Part shown: positions 40,824 through 50,180 of the stretch, piece by piece
How the letters are laid out: the number at the start of each line of letters is the position of its first letter
Position numbering within the stretch: position 1 is the stretch's first letter
Assembly: GCA_038884455.1 (NCBI GenBank)
Contig: JAWABU010000004.1
Span: 906-64,905 of the forward strand
Source of the DNA: Thermoplasmatota archaeon
GTDB lineage: Archaea > Thermoplasmatota > E2 > DHVEG-1
Reading direction: 5' to 3'
DNA length: 64,000 bases
Notes under the pieces: model-generated
What the model saw: only the letters and a program-made list of their open reading frames with translations
What the model was told of the DNA's origin: nothing
The model's database searches: none
Position numbers and translations under genes: made by a program

Positions 40824-41561
40824 TCAACTCTCTAAAGAAGCAATTAGATCAGTTAATGTTTGTTTCAAATTTTTTTCTTGTTCAAGAGCTGTACCCGTGA
40901 TAAGTATGTTTGCCCCTGCCATTGCTTTTTGCCGTGCTGTTGCCGCATCTCTGATTCCACCGCCGACAAGCAAGGTGATCTTAGTGTTTTTTTTCACACC
41001 AGTGATCAACGCATCTGATACAGGATAGGGTGCACCTGAACCTGCTTCGAGATAAAAAAACTGCATGCCGAGATACTGAGCTGCAAGAGCATAGTTCACG
41101 GCTTGTTGAACATCATCTTTACCGATGAGATCAGCTTCACCGACACGGCCAACAGTCATTCCCGGCTCAACAATAACATATCCCATAGAGAGCGGTTCTA
41201 ATCCTGATTGTTGAACAAACGGTGCCCCTCGGACGTGCTCTCTGATGACGAAATTTAGATTTCGAGAATTGAGTAAACTCATGAAAAAAACCGCATCAGC
41301 GTATTTACTGAGGTATTGTGCACCTGATGGAAAGAGAATGACCGGAAGATCTGAGTTTTTTTTAATTGCAAGTACCGTTTCATCAACTTGCTGGTGTGAA
41401 AGAATGGTTGATCCGCCAACCATGATTGCACTGCTCCCAGCATTGGTGACTATTTGAGCGATTTTTCCTGCGGTTTCTGGTTTCTGTTTATCTGGATCAA
41501 GTAGTGAAAAATGGAGTGTTTTCTTTTTTGACTTTCTGATAAATTGCTGCGCAAGCGTCAT
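40824..41561 (-). CDS. Geranylgeranylglyceryl phosphate synthase (group II-like)
   Basis: LLDPDK, IMVGGS, LPVILFP, MSLLNS, YLEAGSGA and VGGGIR. Confidence 0.93.
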   Translation of the reverse strand: MTLAQQFIRKSKKKTLHFSLLDPDKQKPETAGKIAQIVTNAGSSAIMVGGSTILSHQQVDETVLAIKKNSDLPVILFPSGAQYLSKYADAVFFMSLLNSRNLNFVIREHVRGAPFVQQSGLEPLSMGYVIVEPGMTVGRVGEADLIGKDDVQQAVNYALAAQYLGMQFFYLEAGSGAPYPVSDALITGVKKNTKITLLVGGGIRDAATARQKAMAGANILITGTALEQEKNLKQTLTDLIASLES

Positions 41562-41606
41562 TATTTCTCACATCCTCTTGTGTCCTATTTAAAATTTTTG
41601 TACATA

Positions 41607-42386
41607 TTATTGCAACAGATCATGGATGATTTTTTCTGAGCCTGCAACAAGAATATTTGTTCGTTCTTGAAGTGAAAACTCCATATCTAAAATATCTCCT
41701 GCAAGATTGTACACAAAACCTCCTGCTTCACGAACAACAAGTGTTGCTGCCGCAATATCGGTAACTCGAAGGTAGTTACGTTCAACCATATAATAGTCAA
41801 AACCACCTGTTGCGACATAGCACATTTCAAGCGACGAACAGCCAAATGCTCGAACATAGTTTTGAGTTCCAAGATGTGTAGTTTTGATATCGGCGTGTTT
41901 TCCTAAAGCTAAGCAGGAGAGAAGTTCGTTTGCCGGGATTTCTGGAACCATGATACGATGCTTGTTCAGGTAGGCTCCTTTTCCTTTTTCAGCGATAAAA
42001 ACATCTCCTGTTGGAATATGTTGTACAATGCCATATTCAACATCAGAGATTGTTTTTTGTCCAACAGCAAGTGACACTGCATAAAACGGTATTCCCCGAA
42101 CTGCGTTCCGTGTACCATCAACAGGATCAAGAACAAAGGTATATGGTGCATGATGATCGATGAATCCTGCTTCTTCAGAGAGAACATTTATCTTCATTCC
42201 AGATTTTTTAATACAGCGAAGTGCAGCGTCCTCAGCGATTTTGTCAAGATATTTTGTTGGGGTGCCATCTGCACCGATACCAATGTTTTTTCCCATTGCA
42301 TGAAACTCATGAGTTAGGGCTTTTTTGACGGTTCGATGAATGGTTTCAACAGTTTTTAATGCAAGTTGTTTTATTTCTTCATGCAT
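41607..42386 (-). CDS. suhB: Inositol monophosphatase / fructose-1,6-bisphosphatase
   Basis: GADGTPTKYLDKIAE, SEEAG, DPVDGT and DIAAATLVVREAGG. Confidence 0.9.
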   Translation of the reverse strand: MHEEIKQLALKTVETIHRTVKKALTHEFHAMGKNIGIGADGTPTKYLDKIAEDAALRCIKKSGMKINVLSEEAGFIDHHAPYTFVLDPVDGTRNAVRGIPFYAVSLAVGQKTISDVEYGIVQHIPTGDVFIAEKGKGAYLNKHRIMVPEIPANELLSCLALGKHADIKTTHLGTQNYVRAFGCSSLEMCYVATGGFDYYMVERNYLRVTDIAAATLVVREAGGFVYNLAGDILDMEFSLQERTNILVAGSEKIIHDLLQ

Positions 42387-42401
42387 ATTTATATCACGGT
42401 G

Positions 42402-42890
42402 TTAAATGTTTACTCCAAAGTAGATCAACAAGGATCGGATGTAGACCGTCATTACAATCATACAAAGAGAAGCAAGAACAATGCCACAAAAAATGGTGAT
42501 TAATGATTTTATATTGTTCAGCTGAAAGAGGTATGCGATCAGGGCGCCAGTCCACGCACCGGTAAATGGAATCGGGATTGCAACAAAAATAAAAAGACCA
42601 ACATATTGATACTTGCTGATATGACGATCTGCTTTTCGTCGTGTACGAGCAAATAACCAATCCATGAGTTTACACCAAAAGGAATAGTTTCGCAGGAATT
42701 TTTCAACTCGGTGAAAAAATACCAGGATGAACGGTATCGGAAGAAAATTCCCAAGAACTGCAAGTGGAAACGCCTGCCACCACATCCATTCTAGTTGAAT
42801 CATTGCATAAGGGATAGTATATCGTGCTTCAACCCACGGAAACATGGAAAAAAGAAAGATCTGGGCCCATTCAGGAATGTTTGAAATCAT
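42402..42890 (-). CDS. COG2426 small multidrug-export-like membrane protein
   Basis: SMFPWVEARYTIP, GNFLPIP and FVAIPIPFTGAWTG. Confidence 0.88.
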   Translation of the reverse strand: MISNIPEWAQIFLFSMFPWVEARYTIPYAMIQLEWMWWQAFPLAVLGNFLPIPFILVFFHRVEKFLRNYSFWCKLMDWLFARTRRKADRHISKYQYVGLFIFVAIPIPFTGAWTGALIAYLFQLNNIKSLITIFCGIVLASLCMIVMTVYIRSLLIYFGVNI

Positions 42891-44179
42891 CGTTGAGGTT
42901 CACCTATACATGTTCCATAGCCTGGTTTTCCAACCAAGGTGTAGTCATCGATAATCTGTTCTCCTCTGACAAAGACATGTAGGGGAAAGAGAGCAGGCAT
43001 TCCTTCAAATGGAGTCCAACCGCATTTCGAATGAAGAGCGTCCGCATGTATTGTTTGCAGTTTTTTAAAGTCAATGACAATAAAATCTGCGTCTCTGCCG
43101 ATTTCAATTTTACCTTTCGGAATGCCAAGAATCTGTGCCGGCCGTTCACAGAGAAGTGATATCATCTGCCGAAATGAAAGAGCATCTTTTTTAACCTCGG
43201 CAAGCAGTAACGGATACATGGTTTCAACACCAGGGATTCCTGAAGGTGCTTTGTCAAACTCAGTTTCTTTTTCAGTAAGCGTATGTGGTGCATGATCTGA
43301 TTCAAGAACATCGATACTATTATTTTTTATGCCATACCAGAGCGTTTCTCGATCGAATCCTGATCGAAGCGGCGGATTCACTTTATACCACGTTTCATTA
43401 CCCGAGATAGTATCGCAGTCAAAGTAGAGATGATGGGGTGTTACGCCAACGGTGATATGTGCAGGTCGTCTGCGGAGAAGTTCAAATCCTTCAAGAGATG
43501 ATAAATGGCAGATATGAACCGGTGTTGTGATCTGTTTTGCATGCGTGAGGATATTTTTTATCGCCGTAACTTCGCATTCTGAAGGGCGCGCCTGTACATG
43601 ATCCTTTAAATTTCGTTCTACAATCGTATGTTGTTGCAAGCAGGTTTCTGATTCTGCGTGGATCAGGGTTACTTTTTTAGTATGCATAATTTCTTCAAAT
43701 GCGACCTGGAGATTACGTTCATTGAGGTGTAGCGTATTTGTACTCGCTCCTAAAAATATTTTAAAACCATTGCAAACCGAACCAAGTTCTTGTGCCTGGT
43801 TGATGTTCGTATCAGTTATTGCTGCATAGAGGCCAAAATCAACATAGCTTTTTTTCTCAGCAAGTTTTTTCTTCTCACGTATTGCTTCAACAGTGATTGT
43901 CTGAGGATTCGTGTTTGGCATATCATACACACACGATATTCCTCCGTAAGCTGCTGCTTTTGATCCTGAAGAAAAATCTTCTTTTTTTGGAAATCCTGGG
44001 TCGCGGAAATGAACATGCAGGTCGATACCAGCGGGAAGAATAAGTTTTGAGCCGAAGCTGATATGATCATCTGATTTCAAGGTTTTTTTAATCTCACTGA
44101 TCTTTCCCTGTGTAATGCCAAGGCAGCATGATTCAAACGTGCCGTTGATGTAGATTTTTCCTTCAATTGTGCGATCCAT
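42887..44179 (-). CDS. pyrC: Dihydroorotase
   Basis: IDLHVHFRDPG, DMPNTNP, HAE, HICHLS, TPHHL, KVNPPLR and SDHAPH. Confidence 0.93.
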   Translation of the reverse strand: MDRTIEGKIYINGTFESCCLGITQGKISEIKKTLKSDDHISFGSKLILPAGIDLHVHFRDPGFPKKEDFSSGSKAAAYGGISCVYDMPNTNPQTITVEAIREKKKLAEKKSYVDFGLYAAITDTNINQAQELGSVCNGFKIFLGASTNTLHLNERNLQVAFEEIMHTKKVTLIHAESETCLQQHTIVERNLKDHVQARPSECEVTAIKNILTHAKQITTPVHICHLSSLEGFELLRRRPAHITVGVTPHHLYFDCDTISGNETWYKVNPPLRSGFDRETLWYGIKNNSIDVLESDHAPHTLTEKETEFDKAPSGIPGVETMYPLLLAEVKKDALSFRQMISLLCERPAQILGIPKGKIEIGRDADFIVIDFKKLQTIHADALHSKCGWTPFEGMPALFPLHVFVRGEQIIDDYTLVGKPGYGTCIGEPQR

Positions 44180-44774
44180 CGAGTTTTTTCTCCTGTATTG
44201 TTCCTTTCGGTGTTTGTTCAGCAAAAATCTGACCGGTGAATTTTGAAATTCGTATGTCTTTATCAAACCAAGCATCTGGGAGAAGTCCCGCTTTCATGCA
44301 GGTTTGTGAAAGGAATTCTTCGGTATCCCAGCCTTGTTCGACGGGAACCTGCGGGAGGAGCAGACCTGCAAAGAACCCTTGTTCAACAATAAGACCGTCT
44401 CGTCCGATTTTGATATGTTGAGGATATTCTGATGGTTTTGAGACAGTAATGAGTTCTGGTTTTGTCAGAATAGTTACTTCGACAACAATGCTGTCGAGTT
44501 CTTCTTTTCTGAGTGGGGGAAAGCGTGGATCATGGGTTGCTGAGACCGCTGCATCGGTGATCGCGTGTTTGAGTTGCTTGACCGGGAGAGGTATCCCGAT
44601 GCATCCTCTCAGTTGATATTCTGGGTAGGTGTGAATAGTAACGAAAACTCCATGTTTTTCAGAAAATGTTGCTGGAAGGTTTTGTACTTCAAGTTTTTGA
44701 TGTTGAACGTGTTGTTCGATGGTTGTTCGTGCAAGACGAACTGCTTGAATTCCATCTTCTTGTGATAGCATCAT
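44163..44774 (-). CDS. amrA: AMMECR1-domain protein
   Basis: GVFVT, LRGCIG, DPRFPPL, GLLLPQV and CMKAGL. Confidence 0.93.
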   Translation of the reverse strand: MMLSQEDGIQAVRLARTTIEQHVQHQKLEVQNLPATFSEKHGVFVTIHTYPEYQLRGCIGIPLPVKQLKHAITDAAVSATHDPRFPPLRKEELDSIVVEVTILTKPELITVSKPSEYPQHIKIGRDGLIVEQGFFAGLLLPQVPVEQGWDTEEFLSQTCMKAGLLPDAWFDKDIRISKFTGQIFAEQTPKGTIQEKKLDGSHN

Positions 44775-44852
44775 AGCAAGAACCACCTCATCTTTTTCTG
44801 CTGTGCACTTTTGTAGAAAGAAATAAACAAGAAGAATAAAAACAATATTTTT

Positions 44853-47800
44853 TTATCCTTCTATCTCTCGGAGTAGGATAATATCGTAAGTTCTGGCGAT
44901 GTCAACTTCGTCTTCTCGTAGGTCGAGATATCCAGCAAAACGATACGTTACGTTTTGACCGAGTTCTTGTCTAGTTTCTTCAACGGTCACATTGTAGCGT
45001 CCTGGTTTAAGTTCAACGGTATATCGACCATGTTCATCTGATCTTTTTGATGCATATTGTGCGGTGTTATTTTCGTCAGAATAATCAGGTATAAAGTCGA
45101 TTGAGATGTTAGCTGTTGGTAAACCGTTGTACAGCGTTTTACCTTGGATGGTTACTGATTTTTTAAGAAGTGCAATATTATAGGTTGCAACACCTTGGCC
45201 GATTGGTATATCCAGAGCTCCAGTAAAGCTGTAGAATCCTTGTTCACCATCGTAATTCACCGTGACGTTGTATGAACCTGGTTGGAGTTGTACAGAATAC
45301 ATACCAGTTTCATCAGTAGTTGCAGATGTGCTCTGAGCAGTATTATTCTTCACAGATCTGTTCGCAGTAAATTGTATAGGTATGTTACCAAGAGGTGTCG
45401 TTCTATGTTGAGTTGATCCTGTGACCGTAATTGGTGCGTAGGTGATTGAGATATTTTGAACCTTTGTTTTGTTTGCCTCAAGGTTGATGGTTTGTTCTTT
45501 TGCATAATCAAGATATTTTGTGGTACTGTTGCGTTTGGTGACATTGAGGACATAATTCCCAGGTATAATAGAGCTAAATGAGTATGAACCATCAGCACCG
45601 GTAATCATCGTGTTGACGACTTTTCGATCAGTTTCTGTATAAATCAGTTCAACAGTGACATCAGGCATTTCTTCTCCATGGTCAACTTTGTTGTTTTTGT
45701 TTGCATCAAAGTAGACGATACCGTTGACTGCAGCTGGTTGTGGTTTTGACATGTTATACGTGTTGTTCCCCGGGTAGATAAACACATAGTTTTCATGGAT
45801 TCTGAAATCGTCATATACTGCTTGGATTAGATAGATACCAGGCATGAGATCTGATGCCTGGTAGTATCCATGTTCATCAGTGGTGAGTTGTCGTAGATTT
45901 TCATAACCATATTCTTTTGGCTGACCAGGACGTGTTGGGTCATTGAGGGGGTAGAATTCTTTGATTTCTATGAGCGTAATTGAAGCATTATGAAGCGGTG
46001 TATCGATCGATGTATTATAGGATTCATCATAGTCGTTGTTTGCATATACGTAGCCTTGGATAACTCCGGGTATAACTTCGATGTTGAGCGTCCGTTCGTA
46101 GTTTGTTCCTTGTTTTCGCATTGCTTCATCATCGGTAATGGGTGCTTGTTCTGGATCAGTTTCACTGTTGAAATGAACGGCTTTTATGGGAAATGCATTC
46201 ATCCCGAGCTCTGGATTTCGCCGTAACTCAAGAGTTATGTTTCCTGCAGGTGCAATGACTTGGAACATGCCGTTAGCTGCTTTTGTAGTATCATGATCAA
46301 TTCCAAGAGATGTTCCATATAATGAAATGTTTTTCCGTACAACTACTTGGACGTCCAATGGTTCACCTTTGTACGTTATTGTTCCGTTGATTTTTGCTCC
46401 TTCATAATATTTTGCAATTACGACCGAAACAAATCCTTGAGTTCCCGGGTAGGGTAATGTTGAAACGTAATCTGCGGTGAAATGTTTTAGACCCCAACAG
46501 GGGACTTGAAGGAGCTGATTTTTTACAGTTTCTAAAACTGTACTCTCCCCAAGATAGGTTCGATAGAACATCGTATTGTTATACGCAGGTTTTGATACAA
46601 CTGCAGTATCGGTGATTGAAATACTTCTTCGTTCAGATGCGGACATGGCGTTGAGTTGTGCAGCAGTCCAGGTTTGTTCAGATCCGATCTGCTGGCCGGT
46701 TTGAGGATTGACTTTATAGCCTTTGTATCGTACCTGGATGAAATCATCTTCGGCATTGTGAAACCGTTCACTACTTGCGGTTCGTAATGCATGTAACACT
46801 AGGCTTTTATCACCAAGGAAACCAAAGATGTTGAAAATGTCACGGTCATATCCTTCGGCGCCATAATATCGAATACTTCGTCCGGTTGCTTCTTGGAGAT
46901 CATGGTATAACCAGGTTACTTGCTCTTCAGTTAATGTATGGTTTAAAACCGCGGTGATATCATGATAATACACATTTTCGATAAATTGTTCACCGACAAC
47001 AAGATCTTTACTTAATTCTTTATCATATTCTGATCCGATTGGTTTTAAATATGATGGTGCTTTTTGTGGTTTTTCAATCCAGGAAAGGAGATCAGAATAG
47101 GTAATATTTACATAGGTTACGTTTTTCACGGTAAATGGATCATGGGTGATATTGCTGAGATGTTTTTGAAGCACTGCTACAGTTGTCGGTGAAAATGATT
47201 TTTCATGCTGTTGGAAATCGCCTTCAAGGAGGCGAATGATGAAGACGATGACTGCTTCTTTTTCACTAGTTGCCGTATGGAGGTTAGCTGCAGGTGGTAT
47301 ACCATCTTGGAAGTTGTCAGCAACGGTTGGATGATCACCAACTGCTACTTCATAAAACCCGTAATCCCACCATGAGATGAACGCAGGTCGATCAACTGGA
47401 TTTTCGATATGTGTGTCTTGTTGTTTGAGCCATGAGAAAGCATCAACCCAGTATTGTTCTTTATATGAACTTGAGCCAAATGCTCCTGAAAAGTTTTTTC
47501 CGAAGTAATCGATTTTAAAATTACTCGTTTTATTTTTAGATGCTGCGTAGGGTACTGCTGCATCAAGTGATAAGAAGACATTTGGCATCATAATTAAAAA
47601 GAAGATAAATAAAACGCCAAGAACCTGATACATTTTGATTCCTTTTCTGAGACTTCGGAGTCCACCACCAGCATGTCGAATGTTTTTAATCATGCTGCTG
47701 TAGTTTACTTTTTCAATGAGATACCAGATGACAAAACCTGCAAGGAGTGCAACAACCGGGACAACATCATTGAGGAAACGACCTGCGGTCCCCGCAAGCC

Positions 47801-49136
47801 AGATATTGATTAAGAAGAGCATAATGATGAATAAGTGTTCTCGTTTTTTCTGCCGGTAGAATCTGATGAGTACAAGAATAAATCCAATCCAGGCAAGCGC
47901 AAGCAGTGCAGGACCATAGGACATCCATGATCTGCTGATATTGTAGGTTCCTGCTTCTGCGATAGTCAGATCAACTTTCGATCCGTAGATACCAGCGGTT
48001 CCATAGAGAATTCCTGAGATTCGACCAAGTGGTTTTAGAAAAGGATACGTTTCTGTTAAATCAGGAACGAAAAACAGAAAGATTGCGAAAGCTGCTGCGG
48101 TGATAGCAAGTAATGAAAATGAAAGAACCCAAGGTATTTTCTTCTTGTCAATTATGTAACAGAAAACTCCCAGTGCAGCAATGAGTATACAGATCATGAG
48201 TTGGTTTTCAAAATAGAATTGTTCCATTCTCGTTATTCGTACTGGCAGGGATATGAAATATCCGACAAAAAGAATGATTGCCATATTTTGTGCAAATCCT
48301 TGATTGATTTTTTTCGTGAAGATGTCAATGAGGATTTGAGCAATCACATAAATTCCGATGATGACAAAGAGGAATTGTGCTTCGACCCATACAAGTGAAA
48401 GACCTGCAACGCAAAGACCAGCAAGAAATGCATAGACCATCGAGTTGATTCTGTCTTTCTCAGTAATACTTTTCACCAGAAACATAAAGGTGAGGAAGAA
48501 GAGTAGCAAGTTTAATGAGTCATGATCGAACAGGCCATATGCTGAACCGTGACCAGATGCGATATGGATTGGGATGATTGCGATAAGTAGGGCAGCAATG
48601 ATTCCTTCTTTTCGTCCAAATAATGTTTTTCCTATATAATAGATGGGGATAATGAGTAACGCGCCGAATAATGCTGGGACAAATTGCATAGAATACCCAA
48701 GTGCATCAGATTGGCTCATAAACGGTGTGAGGAGGTTACTAAATCCAATTGCAAGCATGTTGAGGAGTGGTGCTCGACCTCCGCTTCTACCGATAGGGTA
48801 ATTTAATAATGGGTCGTTTTCAGAATAGTAGGGATATCGTCCTGTTTGTACGGTTTCTTCAACAAGACGCATGTTGTAATACGGGTCAGGACCAGAGAGA
48901 TAAAATTTTTCATCAAGTGTTGTTCCTTCTGGATTGAGATTAACATCAGAGATGAAGTTAAAATAGGTATTCATCAGTAAAACAAGACAAAAAATACCGA
49001 TTAGCGTAACTGTAGTCCATGAGTTTTTTTTCAATTTAATGAAATGTCGTTCTGGTTTGACTTCTTTTGTTGTTGATTCACTAGATGGTGATGATGAGGT
49101 GGTTGTTTCCATTTTAAATTGGGCTCGTTTCCGCAT
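44853..49136 (-). CDS. aglB: Oligosaccharyltransferase AglB/STT3 with long C-terminal repeated beta domains
   Basis: DPYYNMR, a multi-TM region, DHD, TIAE, RF, SWWDYG and DNFQ, followed by repeated TDxxGxY carboxypeptidase-regulatory/Cna-B-like modules. Confidence 0.93.
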   Translation of the reverse strand: MRKRAQFKMETTTSSSPSSESTTKEVKPERHFIKLKKNSWTTVTLIGIFCLVLLMNTYFNFISDVNLNPEGTTLDEKFYLSGPDPYYNMRLVEETVQTGRYPYYSENDPLLNYPIGRSGGRAPLLNMLAIGFSNLLTPFMSQSDALGYSMQFVPALFGALLIIPIYYIGKTLFGRKEGIIAALLIAIIPIHIASGHGSAYGLFDHDSLNLLLFFLTFMFLVKSITEKDRINSMVYAFLAGLCVAGLSLVWVEAQFLFVIIGIYVIAQILIDIFTKKINQGFAQNMAIILFVGYFISLPVRITRMEQFYFENQLMICILIAALGVFCYIIDKKKIPWVLSFSLLAITAAAFAIFLFFVPDLTETYPFLKPLGRISGILYGTAGIYGSKVDLTIAEAGTYNISRSWMSYGPALLALAWIGFILVLIRFYRQKKREHLFIIMLFLINIWLAGTAGRFLNDVVPVVALLAGFVIWYLIEKVNYSSMIKNIRHAGGGLRSLRKGIKMYQVLGVLFIFFLIMMPNVFLSLDAAVPYAASKNKTSNFKIDYFGKNFSGAFGSSSYKEQYWVDAFSWLKQQDTHIENPVDRPAFISWWDYGFYEVAVGDHPTVADNFQDGIPPAANLHTATSEKEAVIVFIIRLLEGDFQQHEKSFSPTTVAVLQKHLSNITHDPFTVKNVTYVNITYSDLLSWIEKPQKAPSYLKPIGSEYDKELSKDLVVGEQFIENVYYHDITAVLNHTLTEEQVTWLYHDLQEATGRSIRYYGAEGYDRDIFNIFGFLGDKSLVLHALRTASSERFHNAEDDFIQVRYKGYKVNPQTGQQIGSEQTWTAAQLNAMSASERRSISITDTAVVSKPAYNNTMFYRTYLGESTVLETVKNQLLQVPCWGLKHFTADYVSTLPYPGTQGFVSVVIAKYYEGAKINGTITYKGEPLDVQVVVRKNISLYGTSLGIDHDTTKAANGMFQVIAPAGNITLELRRNPELGMNAFPIKAVHFNSETDPEQAPITDDEAMRKQGTNYERTLNIEVIPGVIQGYVYANNDYDESYNTSIDTPLHNASITLIEIKEFYPLNDPTRPGQPKEYGYENLRQLTTDEHGYYQASDLMPGIYLIQAVYDDFRIHENYVFIYPGNNTYNMSKPQPAAVNGIVYFDANKNNKVDHGEEMPDVTVELIYTETDRKVVNTMITGADGSYSFSSIIPGNYVLNVTKRNSTTKYLDYAKEQTINLEANKTKVQNISITYAPITVTGSTQHRTTPLGNIPIQFTANRSVKNNTAQSTSATTDETGMYSVQLQPGSYNVTVNYDGEQGFYSFTGALDIPIGQGVATYNIALLKKSVTIQGKTLYNGLPTANISIDFIPDYSDENNTAQYASKRSDEHGRYTVELKPGRYNVTVEETRQELGQNVTYRFAGYLDLREDEVDIARTYDIILLREIEG

Positions 49137-49222
49137 AGATATTCACCTAAAGAATAACGAGAACCGTAAATCTGTGGTCTTATAAATATCTATCTCATAG
49201 CAGGGTTTGTTTTTTCTCGATA

Positions 49223-50095
49223 TTACATGACCTGTTTTTTGAGCAGCTCAGCAATACATGGTGCAACTGATACCGTACTATAGTTACTCTGTATTGTATC
49301 GGTTGCGATAATTTCGTCGCATCCTGCTGTTGTAAGTTTTTGTTGTGCATCACCGATAAACAGCCCATGGGTACAGGCTACAGTTACTCTGTTTGCTTTT
49401 TGTCGTTTGAGTTCTCGTATTGATTGCGCCATGGTGCCCCCAGTTGATATGATATCATCGATAATTGCAACGTTTTTTCCTTTTGCATCGAGATGTTTTG
49501 GTTTCATGGTGACGGTTGTTCCATCGATTCTGGTTTTTTCGATATAATCATAGTCACATCCAATGATTTTCGCTGCATGTTTCGCTCGGTTTTTCGCTCC
49601 TTTGTCTGGCGCTAAGATAAAATCAATATCTTTCTTTTTGAGATATGTGGCTATTTCTGCAACAGCACTACATCCATACGCGGGAACCGTAAAAAATTGC
49701 AAGAGGTGATCTTTATGGGGATCAACTGTTATAATTGTTGACGCGTTGATGCTGATGAGCTGTGCAAGTGCTTGTGCACTGATCGGTTCTCCTGGTTCAA
49801 ATTTTTTGTCTTGTCGGTTATACCCAAAATACGGTATGACAACTGTTATTTTTTTCCCGCCAGCTTCATGGACAGCATTTTGCATAATGAACAGTTCGAC
49901 AAGGTTTGGATCTGGATAGGTTGTTTGCACGATGATGATGTGTTCATTGGTGATATCATCGTGGATCCGGATGTAAAATTCAGTATCTGGAAAACGTTTT
50001 GTTGTTCTAGTAAGTAATGGTTCGTGGAGAATTTCTGCGATTTTTTGTGCAAGGGGTTCAGATGCAGTTCCTGCAAGTATTGGCATGTTAATCAA
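49223..50095 (-). CDS. prs: Ribose-phosphate pyrophosphokinase
   Basis: FPDTE, PYFGYNRQDK, APDKGA, DDIISTGGT and ACTHG. Confidence 0.96.
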   Translation of the reverse strand: MINMPILAGTASEPLAQKIAEILHEPLLTRTTKRFPDTEFYIRIHDDITNEHIIIVQTTYPDPNLVELFIMQNAVHEAGGKKITVVIPYFGYNRQDKKFEPGEPISAQALAQLISINASTIITVDPHKDHLLQFFTVPAYGCSAVAEIATYLKKKDIDFILAPDKGAKNRAKHAAKIIGCDYDYIEKTRIDGTTVTMKPKHLDAKGKNVAIIDDIISTGGTMAQSIRELKRQKANRVTVACTHGLFIGDAQQKLTTAGCDEIIATDTIQSNYSTVSVAPCIAELLKKQVM

Positions 50096-50180
50096 AGACC
50101 CGTTATCCTTGATGATGTTTTTAGGGGTTTCGTAAGAAAGTTTTTATAAGTGTTTTTCGCTTCGTATTTTTATAACGGAT

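Noticed and set aside
30015..44774. AmmeMemoRadiSam gene cluster
   Set aside because: amrS and amrA are both present but 13 kb apart, and no MEMO1/AmrB gene was seen, so there is no cluster to report.
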